Below are positions 24,159 through 32,698 of a stretch of DNA of 54,119 bases, in pieces; positions within the stretch are counted from its first letter, which is position 1, and each line of letters begins with the position of its first letter. The notes beneath the pieces are model-generated. The model had not been told where the DNA came from, ran no database searches, and saw only the letters and a program-made list of their open reading frames with translations. This stretch comes from Myxococcota bacterium (GTDB taxonomy: Bacteria; Myxococcota; JACRCW01). The stretch spans positions 1 through 54,119 of the forward strand of contig JBFMGU010000039.1 in assembly GCA_040752415.1 (NCBI GenBank). The letters are read 5' to 3'. The position numbers were made by a program, and so were the translations under genes.

Positions 24159-24174
24159 AGCACTCCTTGTGCCA
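24159..24174 (-). promoter_or_regulatory. Putative sigma54 promoter of the ECF sigma gene
   Basis: Minus strand TGGCAC-AAGGA-GTGCT with canonical GG-N10-GC spacing, 70 nt upstream of start. Confidence 0.55.
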
Positions 24175-24328
24175 GAACCAAATGGACGCCTCAATGACGA
24201 AAATGCCGCGGAACAACGCGGTCGTGTATTCCCGGCCACACGGAAAGGGTGTGTCAGGAGGCCCACGCCCCGCTCAAGTGTGGCAGGACGCACGCACAAT
24301 CCAAGCGATGGTTCGCGACCCCACCCGG

Positions 24329-25204
24329 TCAGGCGGGCGGTGAGACGACATTTCCGGCGGCGGCCGAGGCCAACACGCCGAGCGGACTCCCCATGCGCAC
24401 GGACTCCCCGCGCGCCGGGGGCGTGAGGGTCCCGCAGGACCGTCCACAGACCAGGATAACCGTGGAACCGAACTCGAAATGCCCGACCTGGTCTCCGGCC
24501 TTCATGGCCACCGGTGGGCTGTAGCGTCGGGAATCCACCACGCGACGCCGCGCATTGGTGTGCAAGTCATCAAAAACCACGCGCGTCATGCCCACCATGG
24601 TGGCCCCCACCGCCACCAGCGCCATGACCCCTCCCTCGCGGGTGCGCAGCTCCACCACCAGCCGCTCATTCACCGCGAAGAGCTGGTTCACATTGGCCAC
24701 CGCGGCCGCGTTCACGGGCCACAGCGCGCCGGGGATGTACGTGGCCTTCACCACCTCCGCGGTCAGCGGCGAGTGGATCCGGTGGTAGTCCTTGGGGGCC
24801 AGGTACAGCGTGGCGTACGTGCCACCGTCCAGCTCCCTGGCCAGCGCGGGGTCGCCCAGCAGCGCGCTGAGCGAGTAGTCGCGACCCTTGGCCTGCACCA
24901 CCGTATCCCCGGCCACGGGTCCGCTGGCGCCAATTGCCGCGTCCACCGGTGACACAATGCAGCCTTCCGCCACGGGGCGCGCACCCGGTTTCAACGCGCG
25001 GGTGAAGAACGCGTTGAGCGTGGGGTACTCGTGCATGGGCTTCTCGGCCTCATCCGGGTTGGCGCCAAACGTCCGGACAAACCACCCGAACACGGCCTTG
25101 CGCCACCACGGCGAGAGCTCCCGCGTGGCCAGCCATCCCGCCACCCGCGACATGCCGTGCGCCGGCAGCACCGCCACCAGCGCAATGAGCAGCTTGGCGC
25201 CCAT
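24329..25204 (-). CDS. psd: Phosphatidylserine decarboxylase proenzyme
   Basis: [41 protein letters not shown] autocleavage motif. Confidence 0.95.
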   Translation of the reverse strand: MGAKLLIALVAVLPAHGMSRVAGWLATRELSPWWRKAVFGWFVRTFGANPDEAEKPMHEYPTLNAFFTRALKPGARPVAEGCIVSPVDAAIGASGPVAGDTVVQAKGRDYSLSALLGDPALARELDGGTYATLYLAPKDYHRIHSPLTAEVVKATYIPGALWPVNAAAVANVNQLFAVNERLVVELRTREGGVMALVAVGATMVGMTRVVFDDLHTNARRRVVDSRRYSPPVAMKAGDQVGHFEFGSTVILVCGRSCGTLTPPARGESVRMGSPLGVLASAAAGNVVSPPA

Positions 25205-26370
25205 CAGACGCTCACGGGCGTGGGCAACACCGAGGGCGCCGCGACCGTGGGGCTCATCAGCTCACCCGGGCCACGCGGCGGCGTGCCGGTGATCTGCGCA
25301 ATCTCCTGGTTCACCTGGCGCAGCAGCTCCGCCTTGGCGCGGAACGGGAGGAACGCGCTCTTGAAGCCCTGGATGATGAGGACCTTCAGGTCATCCAGGT
25401 CAAAGCCGCAGTGCTGGTGGGCCAGCCAGAGCTCGTCGGTGACGGTGGTGTTGGTGATGAGGCGGTTGTCGGTGTTGATGGTGACGCGCACGCCGTAGTC
25501 AAAGAAGAACCGCAGCGGGTGCGTCTTGAAGTCTTTCACGGTGTTGGTCTGCACGTTGGAGCTGATGCAGATCTCCAGCGGCGTGCGGTGGTCGTTCACG
25601 TAGTTCAGCAGGTCCCCGTTCTCGACGAGCCGCGTGCCATGACCAATGCGGTGCGCGCCGCAGTAGTGGATGGCCTGCTGGATGCTCTCCGGGCCGTACG
25701 CCTCACCCGCGTGCACCGTGCAGTTCAGGTTGTTGTTGAGGATGAGGCTGAAGGCTTCCGCGTGGTGCTTGGCCGGGTTGCCCGCCTCCCCGCCCGCCAG
25801 GTCAAAGCCCACCACGCCCTTGTTCTTGTAGGCCACCGCCAGCTCGGCGAGACGGAAGGTGACCTCGGGCGGGTCGTGGCGCAGCGCGCAGACAATGACG
25901 CCGCTGCGGACGCCATACTTCTGCTCCGCCCGACGCAGCCCCGCCAGCACCGCCTCCACAATCGCCGTCTGGCGCAGGCCGCCGTCGGTGTGGAGCGAGG
26001 GACCAAAGCGCACCTCGATGTAGCGGACGTTCTCCCGGTGGGCGTCCTCCGCCAGCTCGAAGGCGCAGCGCTCCAGCGCCTCATCCGTCTGCAGCACGCT
26101 CAGGGTGAACGCGAACGCCTGCAGGTATTCCACCAGGCTCTTGCAGTTCTCCCCGACGTGCAGCGCCTTGGCCAGCACGTCCTTCCCCGGTCCGGGCAGC
26201 TCCACGCCTTGCTGCTTGGCCAGCTCGATCATCGTGTCCAGGCGCAGGGAGCCGTCCAGGTGGCAGTGCAGGTCGGTCTTGGGCAGGGCCAACAGCAGTT
26301 CCCGCGTGACCACGGGACCTTCCTGGACCTTGCGATTCTTGGGGAGGGCGCTGGCTCTTGGGGCGTTCAT
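25204..26370 (-). CDS. add: Adenosine deaminase
   Basis: LPKTDLHCHLDGS, HAGEA, RIGHG, EICISSN, INTDN. Confidence 0.95.
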   Translation of the reverse strand: MNAPRASALPKNRKVQEGPVVTRELLLALPKTDLHCHLDGSLRLDTMIELAKQQGVELPGPGKDVLAKALHVGENCKSLVEYLQAFAFTLSVLQTDEALERCAFELAEDAHRENVRYIEVRFGPSLHTDGGLRQTAIVEAVLAGLRRAEQKYGVRSGVIVCALRHDPPEVTFRLAELAVAYKNKGVVGFDLAGGEAGNPAKHHAEAFSLILNNNLNCTVHAGEAYGPESIQQAIHYCGAHRIGHGTRLVENGDLLNYVNDHRTPLEICISSNVQTNTVKDFKTHPLRFFFDYGVRVTINTDNRLITNTTVTDELWLAHQHCGFDLDDLKVLIIQGFKSAFLPFRAKAELLRQVNQEIAQITGTPPRGPGELMSPTVAAPSVLPTPVSV

Positions 26371-27704
26371 GAATGCGACTCCAGAGGGGGAAGTGCGGGA
26401 GGATCTCGGAAGCTACTGGGGCGCAGGTCAAACGGCAGGACCTTCAACAACAGCGGGAGCAGGAGCGCGCCGCCCGGAAGCGCGAACACGGCCAGGGACG
26501 GAACCGCCAGGCAGACGTCCAGGAGCTGGTCGCGGACCTTCTGCCACTCCGCGGGCGTGAGCGCATTCCCCGACGCGGCCCGCGCCAGAAGCTGCGCCAG
26601 CTCCCCCGTCTCGCGGATCTCCTGCACCAGCGCGTCCAGGTTCTTCTGCAACACCTTCTGCGTGCGGGCCGCCAGCGCGCTCCCGAACACCTCGGGCTCC
26701 ACGGCCTGCTCCACCAACGTCAGCAGCTCCGCCTTGTGCGCGCCAAAGATGCGCTCGGCCCTTCGCGCCAGCCGACGCGCCCGTGAGGGCGGCACCCGCA
26801 GCGCACGCGCCACGTCGTCGATGTACTGCTGCTCCGCGCGCGTGATCCTGCCGTCCACCAGCGCGCTCAACACCAGCTGCCCAAGCACCAGGTCCGCCAT
26901 CCTGCGACCCAGCGCGTAGCCCTGCTCCGGCAGCTCCGGATCCGTGCTGCTGAGGATCCGCGCCAGCTCCCGCGTCTCCACGCGTGACAGCCCCGCACCC
27001 GCCAGCTGCTTGCGCGCCGCCCGCTCACCAATGCTCCGTGCCCGACCCGCCGCCGCCTCCAGCCCACACAGCGCGGACACCGCCAGCGCGCGCTCGCGCT
27101 GTGCCGCGGTCAGGATCCCTCGCGTCCAGTCATGCGCGTCGGCGCCGTCCACCAGGATCCGCAGGCTCACCCGCGCATGCGCCCGCGCGTCCACACACGT
27201 CAGCGCGCTGTGCAGTGCCAGGCCCAGGTGCGCGCTCCCAAAGGCTTCCGCGCGTGCCACCAGCGCCTTGCCCAGGCTCACCTCGGCCTCGGCGACAGCG
27301 TCGGGGTCCACCAAGAGGCGCGCGCCGTGACCGTGGTCCAGCGTGGCCGCCAGGGAAGCCACCAGCACCGCGCGCAGGTCCTTCTGCGTGAGCGGCTTCT
27401 CCACCAGCACCGCGCAATGCGCCGTCAGGTCGGCCAGATGCGCCACGGTGGAGGAGAGGCGTGGGAGGTGGTGGCGCGTGTCGCCGTGGTGCTCGACGGG
27501 GAGCAGGCTGGGCCGAGGCACCGGGAGCCCATAGGCCAACCCGGAGGCGTGCAGGTGGAACCGCGCCCACCGACGTGCCGAGCGCGCCCCCCGCGTCACG
27601 CGCGCATGCCGACCCAGCATCGCGGAGATGCGCGCGTTGTCGTGCTCCGCGACGTACGCGTCGAGCAGAGAACGAAGCCAGGTGTCGGGATACAAGGCCG
27701 CCAT
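26367..27704 (-). CDS. Hypothetical protein with TerB-like segment and LETM1-like C-terminus
   Basis: ALVDGRITRAEQQYI (TerB-like); QLLDVCLAVPSLAVFALPGGALLLPLLLK..RPSSF (LETM1-like). Confidence 0.75.
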   Translation of the reverse strand: MAALYPDTWLRSLLDAYVAEHDNARISAMLGRHARVTRGARSARRWARFHLHASGLAYGLPVPRPSLLPVEHHGDTRHHLPRLSSTVAHLADLTAHCAVLVEKPLTQKDLRAVLVASLAATLDHGHGARLLVDPDAVAEAEVSLGKALVARAEAFGSAHLGLALHSALTCVDARAHARVSLRILVDGADAHDWTRGILTAAQRERALAVSALCGLEAAAGRARSIGERAARKQLAGAGLSRVETRELARILSSTDPELPEQGYALGRRMADLVLGQLVLSALVDGRITRAEQQYIDDVARALRVPPSRARRLARRAERIFGAHKAELLTLVEQAVEPEVFGSALAARTQKVLQKNLDALVQEIRETGELAQLLARAASGNALTPAEWQKVRDQLLDVCLAVPSLAVFALPGGALLLPLLLKVLPFDLRPSSFRDPPALPPLESHS

Positions 27705-27778
27705 GTTCCTTCGGCGGGCGGTGGGGGCCGTGCCGAGGCGCGCACCTTAGCGGCAGCGCACCGCGTCAACAACGGTGC

Positions 27779-29518
27779 TCACAGGTTCTTCACGTCCAGC
27801 GCGGTGGAGATCTCCTTGGCCAACAGGCCCACCTCGTGGAGATCGTCGTAGGCCTCGTGGGACGTGCTGTCGGCGTACATCATCAGGCGCACCACGCCGC
27901 CCTGCTTGACCGGGACCACCAGCATGGCCGCCGGCGCCACCCCGCCCAGCGACGTGTAGAACGCCTGCCACCCCGCATCCTGGCTGCACGCGCCGTAGTA
28001 CGTCTCCCCGTGCTCCAGCAGCATCCGCAGCCCGCGCAGGCGCGAGACGCTCACCGTCTTCATCGTGCTCTTCACGCCCTGCAGGGCCAGCACCACGGCC
28101 GGGTCGGCGCGGATGTCCAGCACCACCGCGCGCGGGAAGAAGTTGCGCAGGTACGTGGCCGCCACCGAGCCAATCTCCGGCAGCGTGTCATGCGTGAAGA
28201 CGCGCTCCGCGGCCTCCCCCACGCTCAGCAGCTTGGTCTTCTTCCGCGTGAGCAGCAGCGGCTCCGTCTTCTTGCGTGTCAGGAGCAGCGGCTGCTCGTC
28301 CTCCAGGCCCAGCGCCGCGGCGAAGTTGCGGTCGGAGATCTCGTCGTTGGACATGGGCGCGGGTGGCCGACTGCGGTCCACGCGCAGCTTCTGGCTGTTG
28401 TTCGCGTCACCACCGGGGACCCAGTCCAGGTTGGGCACCGTGGGCGCGCCGGCCAGTGGGTCCAGCGGCGGGAGGTTGTCCAGGTTGGGGTCCGTGTCGC
28501 GCAGCTGCATGGGCTCGGTGGGCGGGTCGGTGGGCGCGTCCATGGGCGGGACGCTCTCGGTGTCGTGGTCCGCGGCTGGCGTCACCGACCCGCGCGGCAT
28601 GGCTGGCAACGTCTCCGCGAAGCCTCCCGTCGACCACGGGCTGCCCTTCACCCTGCCCCGCTCCACCGGCGGCGGAGGAGTGGGCGCGGAGGTCGGCGGC
28701 ACCGGGGTCACCGCCACCGGCCGCACCAACGACGCCGCCGGCGGCTTGCTCACCGGCGCAGGCGTGGGAGGCGGCGTCACCGGCGGAATGCCAGGGCTGG
28801 TGGTCTGTCGGGTGGGCATCCCCGAGGGCGGCGCCGAGACGCGCGCAGGCGGCGGCAGCACCCGAGGGGCCTTGTCCGGCACCAAGCGCGCCCCCGCCAC
28901 CGAGCGCGGCGTGCCAAAGCCGGGCGCCGGCGTGGGCAGCGCGGGCGCCGGCAGCGAGGGGCTGGACACCTCGATGGTGGGACCGTCGGGGCTCATCAGC
29001 ATGGGGTCGGTGAGCTCGTCGTTCAGCTCGGGCGGGGTCATCTCCCGGATGGTGTCCTGGCGCTGGTTGGCCGCGGGCTGCCGCTTGGCCAGCGCGGGAT
29101 AGAGGCGCGCAATCGCCGCTTCCACGGCGGCCTGGCGGGACACGTGCAGCAGCACGGGCCGGCGCGCAGCGGTCTCCAGCTCCGGCAGGCTGTCCAGCGC
29201 GCGCGGGTCATAGAAGGCCACGTTGACGCCGCGCGCGTCCTCACCAAAGGGACACACGCGCAGCGCGGCCACGCTCTCGGCGGGGAGCAGGTTGGCCATG
29301 TGCGTGCGCGCTTCCACCACTTCCGCCTCGCGCGCGGCGGGGACGCCGAACTGGCGGGCCAGGGCCTGCAGGAGGTTGTCGTAGGTGATGTACTTGAGAC
29401 GGACCAGGTGCTCGCCCAGGAAGCCGCCCTGCGTGCTCTGGGCGCGGAGCCCTTCATAGAGCTGCTCGCGCGTGAGCAACCCCGACCGCACCAGGATCAG
29501 ACCCAGGGTTTCCGCCAC
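27779..29518 (-). CDS. MshEN/T2SSE_N domain protein with long Pro-rich linker and GAF-like C-terminus
   Basis: LGLILVRSGLLTREQLYEGLRAQ..LGEHLVRLKYITYDNLLQALARQ tandem MshEN-like motifs. Confidence 0.82.
   Translation of the reverse strand: MAETLGLILVRSGLLTREQLYEGLRAQSTQGGFLGEHLVRLKYITYDNLLQALARQFGVPAAREAEVVEARTHMANLLPAESVAALRVCPFGEDARGVNVAFYDPRALDSLPELETAARRPVLLHVSRQAAVEAAIARLYPALAKRQPAANQRQDTIREMTPPELNDELTDPMLMSPDGPTIEVSSPSLPAPALPTPAPGFGTPRSVAGARLVPDKAPRVLPPPARVSAPPSGMPTRQTTSPGIPPVTPPPTPAPVSKPPAASLVRPVAVTPVPPTSAPTPPPPVERGRVKGSPWSTGGFAETLPAMPRGSVTPAADHDTESVPPMDAPTDPPTEPMQLRDTDPNLDNLPPLDPLAGAPTVPNLDWVPGGDANNSQKLRVDRSRPPAPMSNDEISDRNFAAALGLEDEQPLLLTRKKTEPLLLTRKKTKLLSVGEAAERVFTHDTLPEIGSVAATYLRNFFPRAVVLDIRADPAVVLALQGVKSTMKTVSVSRLRGLRMLLEHGETYYGACSQDAGWQAFYTSLGGVAPAAMLVVPVKQGGVVRLMMYADSTSHEAYDDLHEVGLLAKEISTALDVKNL
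28236..28295. repeat. Intragenic 2 x 30-bp tandem repeat encoding (Q/E)PLLLTRKKT twice
   Basis: gtcttcttccgcgtgagcagcagcggctcc / gtcttcttgcgtgtcaggagcagcggctgc. Confidence 0.8.
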
Positions 29519-29562
29519 GGAATCCTTCTACCGCTTCGCGCCCGCGTTGGCGCGGTGTGACA

Positions 29563-30690
29563 TCAGCGAGGCTGCTTGCCCTTGGGCGGCGCCTTGCCCG
29601 CGGGACCCGCGTCCGGCGACGCACCCGTCATGGGAACGCCACCGTCCACGCCCGTGGTCACGGGAACCCCCAGCATCACCTGCAGCATCCCCGGCAGCGC
29701 CCCCAACAGCTTGTCCGGCGAGGCCGCCAGGTGCTCCAGCGCGCGGTCAAACTCCGCGGCCAGGGGCAGCGCGGGGTCGTCGACGGTGCCGGTGCGCAAC
29801 ACCAACGGACGCTTCAACACCTTGCGCACCACCGCCTGTGAGAGCCCCTCCGTGAGGAACGACGCGGCGGAGGCATGCCCCGTCGAGGCGCCACCGGCCT
29901 TGGTGTAGACCGCCTGCGCGTCGGCGCTGCCGGCCAGCTTGGCCACGTCCGGCCCCACCAGCGTGCTCACGAACTCCACCAGCACCGCGTCCAGCACACC
30001 CTTGTCGGTGACCTGCTTCCACGGGCCCAGCACCACGTAGCGGATGGCCTTGGTGGCGTGGCGCAGCTGTGTGCCGTGCGCGTCCAGCGGGTTGTAGATG
30101 ACCACCACGCGCGCGCTGTCCTCGCTCTCCTCGAACTGCTCATCCACGCCGCCGCCCATCTTGAGGGCCTTGCGCACGTCGGTGGTGAGCGCGTCCAGCT
30201 TGGGGAGCACCTCGCGGAAGACCTTGCGGTAGTCGACAACGTCGTTGTCGTAGGCCTCACCGGCGCCGGCGCTCCAGTAGGCGGCCAGCACCTTCCCGAG
30301 CCCCTCGTAGCCGTCCAGCGACTCACCCTCAGGCACGTCGAACTTGGGCGCATCCTCCAGCGACAACGCGGCGCGCACGTAGCGCACCACCGGGTCCTGG
30401 TGGCCGGCCAGGAAGGCGTCGGCCTGCTTCTGCGCGTCCTGCCCCACCTTCAGCTTCTCCCGCACGCGCTGGCGCAGCGGGTGGTAGCGCGGGGCCTCGG
30501 TGGGCAGCGGGCCGCGCTCCGCCTCACGGTCCAGGCCGCGGTCGTTCAGCATGGTGAAGAGCGTGTAGATGCGCGCGTCGCTGTGGATCTGCACGCCCTC
30601 CGCCGAGAAGACGCCTTCCTCGGTCTGCGCAACCGCGACGACCGCACACAGGGCAAGGAGCAATGACAGTGCAAAAGGGATGCGTTTCAT
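29563..30690 (-). CDS. Secreted hypothetical protein
   Basis: Signal peptide MKRIPFALSLLLALCAVVAVA; typical codon usage. Confidence 0.85.
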   Translation of the reverse strand: MKRIPFALSLLLALCAVVAVAQTEEGVFSAEGVQIHSDARIYTLFTMLNDRGLDREAERGPLPTEAPRYHPLRQRVREKLKVGQDAQKQADAFLAGHQDPVVRYVRAALSLEDAPKFDVPEGESLDGYEGLGKVLAAYWSAGAGEAYDNDVVDYRKVFREVLPKLDALTTDVRKALKMGGGVDEQFEESEDSARVVVIYNPLDAHGTQLRHATKAIRYVVLGPWKQVTDKGVLDAVLVEFVSTLVGPDVAKLAGSADAQAVYTKAGGASTGHASAASFLTEGLSQAVVRKVLKRPLVLRTGTVDDPALPLAAEFDRALEHLAASPDKLLGALPGMLQVMLGVPVTTGVDGGVPMTGASPDAGPAGKAPPKGKQPR

Positions 30691-30738
30691 GATGGGTCCG
30701 TGGCGGTGCCGCGCCGGGCGGTCCGTCGAGGGCGCGGC

Positions 30739-30766
30739 AAGCTAGCAAAACCGGGGGAGGGTGCAA
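30739..30766 (-). promoter_or_regulatory. Putative sigma70 promoter of the 29563-30690 gene
   Basis: Minus strand TTGCAC-N16-TAGCTT. Confidence 0.35.
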
Positions 30767-30820
30767 CCGCGCGGACTGCGAACACCCAACCCCCCGCCGC
30801 TGTTCCCGTCGCGCTCGCTC

Positions 30821-30876
30821 GCCCCCCTTCCCCAAACCCACGGCGACCGCTCGGTCCGCTCTGGGGGAAGGGGGGC
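30821..30876. repeat. REP-like hairpin, left
   Basis: GCCCCCCTTCCCC (30821-30833), 30-nt loop, GGGGAAGGGGGGC (30864-30876). Confidence 0.9.
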
Positions 30877-30923
30877 ACGCCGTCGGTCCGCTCCCGCGTC
30901 TGCCCGTGCTAGTCCGCTGGCCC

Positions 30924-31307
30924 ATGGGACGGGGACTCATCCGACACCAGCCCGTGTCACGTCAGAAGCTGGCATTCGCCAAGGCCATGCGCCGGGAGCC
31001 CACACCCGCCGAGGAGAAGCTCTGGAACGCCCTCCGAAACAACAAGCTCCAGCGCCTCCACTTCCGCCGACAACAGGTCCTCGCGGGCTTCATCGTCGAC
31101 AACTATTGCGACCGTGCCGGCATCTCAGTGGAGATAGACGGTGACATCCACGACCTCCAACCCGCGGAGGACGCCGCCCGCACCAAGGCGCTGAACGAAC
31201 TCGGCCTGCGCGTGCTCCGAGTCCGCAATGAAGCGGTCCTCCACAACCTGGAAACCGTGCTGGACGAGATCGCCGCCGCCTGCGGCCGCCCCCGCGACCG
31301 AAAGTGA
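30924..31307 (+). CDS. DUF559 (Vsr-like, PD-(D/E)XK) endonuclease domain protein
   Basis: AKAMRREPTPAEEKLWNALR..FRRQQVLAGFIVDNYC..VEIDGDIH..DAART..LGLRVLRVRN. Confidence 0.93.
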   Translation: MGRGLIRHQPVSRQKLAFAKAMRREPTPAEEKLWNALRNNKLQRLHFRRQQVLAGFIVDNYCDRAGISVEIDGDIHDLQPAEDAARTKALNELGLRVLRVRNEAVLHNLETVLDEIAAACGRPRDRK

Positions 31308-31323
31308 AGTCGGAAACGGTTCA

Positions 31324-31379
31324 GCCCCCCTTCCCCCCGAACGAGAACACCGGCGGAAACGGGTTTGGGGAAGGGGGGC
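31324..31379. repeat. REP-like hairpin, right
   Basis: GCCCCCCTTCCCC (31324-31336), 30-nt loop, GGGGAAGGGGGGC (31367-31379). Confidence 0.9.
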
Positions 31380-31675
31380 GAGCGGACCGAACGACGCCAA
31401 AGGCGGGGGGTTAGGTGTTCGAATGCCAGGTGCCACCACCTCTCGGTCAACGTGTGTCCACACCGGAATTGGTCGCACCAATGATTCACCGTGCTGCAGC
31501 GTGATGTTCATCCCACTGGCACAATTTATTGGGTGAACTGACACTGGCCTTTCAGTGCTCTGCAACAACGCTACAGGCTCGCAACCACGCCCACTTTGCT
31601 CACCCGGCCAACGGGTTCTGACCATGGTCGACCCGTCTGAGGGTCCACGCTGGAACCGCGCGGGATGCGTTTCCT

Positions 31676-32632
31676 TCAGCCCCCCACCAGCACCGGCGTC
31701 TTCGCGGTTGCGGCGGGCCCCTTCGCGGTCGCGGCGGCCCCCTTCGCAGGCGCTTTCGCCTTCGCGGCGGCCGTGGCGGCGCGGCGCCGGGCAATGAACA
31801 GTTTCTCCAACCGGTACCGGCCGGGGACGCGCGGGCTGGGTCCCACGGCTTCGCGGCCCCAGGGGGCCAGGTAGCTGATGCAGTCGTAGAGCAGGCGCTT
31901 CACCGCCGCGGCACGCGTGCGTTGGGTCATCCCGTCCGCGCTGAGCCCCCGACCAATGTCCACCAACCGCTCCAGCTCCGCCGTCCAATGCTCCAGCTTG
32001 TCCACCAGGCGGCCCGCGAACTCGGCGTCGTTGAAGAGGCCCAGGTTGTCGCGCGCGTTGCGGATCACCGTGCGGGCTCCGGCCAGCATGGTGGCGGGGC
32101 GCTGGTAGTTGATGACCATGCGGAACATGCCGTTGTTGATCCCGCACGCCGCCGCCCGACCCAGGATGGCCGACCGCGCATCCACCACGTTGCGCATCAC
32201 CACCTTCAGCTCCCGCTCCAGGACCTGTCCGTCGGCGTTGAGGGACATCTCGTCGTCGCCCAGCTTCTGCATCTCGAGCAGCAGGAGGTCCAGCCAGTCA
32301 AAGTCGCGCTCGGTGATGGGCGTGCACCGCTCCCGGAACAGCGGCAGGTCCTCCCGACCTTTCGCCATGTCCTCGGCGTCGCGGAGCAGGCCCTTGAAGT
32401 CACCCTGGAAGTAGTCGCGGGCGCTCTTGTTGGGGCGGGCCATCCACGCGCGAATGGCATCCTCCACCGCGCGCTCATCCAACGCACCCTGCGGCGGCCG
32501 ACCCGGCGGCGTGGCCACCATCATCCGCGGCTCCCGACCTCCCGCCAACGGAGCCGTGCGCACCACCGGGGTCGTGCGCGCCGCCGCCTGCTTCTTGCGC
32601 TTGGGCGTGACCTTCTTGCGTCGAGCAGCCAT
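31676..32632 (-). CDS. Hypothetical alpha-helical protein with basic N- and Ala/Lys-rich C-terminal tails
   Basis: 318-aa ORF with coding-like codon usage; tail AAKAKAPAKGAAATAKGPAATAK. Confidence 0.8.
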   Translation of the reverse strand: MAARRKKVTPKRKKQAAARTTPVVRTAPLAGGREPRMMVATPPGRPPQGALDERAVEDAIRAWMARPNKSARDYFQGDFKGLLRDAEDMAKGREDLPLFRERCTPITERDFDWLDLLLLEMQKLGDDEMSLNADGQVLERELKVVMRNVVDARSAILGRAAACGINNGMFRMVINYQRPATMLAGARTVIRNARDNLGLFNDAEFAGRLVDKLEHWTAELERLVDIGRGLSADGMTQRTRAAAVKRLLYDCISYLAPWGREAVGPSPRVPGRYRLEKLFIARRRAATAAAKAKAPAKGAAATAKGPAATAKTPVLVGG

Positions 32633-32698
32633 GCGACGTTGCTACCACGTCACGTGGGCCGTTGACCTGCGCGCCGCTTGTCCGCACATTGCGCCACC

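Larger units (their letters stand above)
30779..31421. mobile_element. Candidate mobile cassette: DUF559 gene flanked by 61-bp imperfect inverted repeats and REP-like hairpins
   Basis: IRs 30779-30839 / 31361-31421; four copies of GCCCCCCTTCCCC forming two hairpins; no clear target-site duplication. Confidence 0.6.

Noticed and set aside
30770..31430. Classical IS assignment for the DUF559 cassette
   Set aside because: No transposase motifs and no target-site duplication; kept only as a candidate non-canonical element
31527..31543. TGGCAC-AATTT-ATTGG as a sigma54 promoter
   Set aside because: No GC at the -12 position and no downstream gene on that strand
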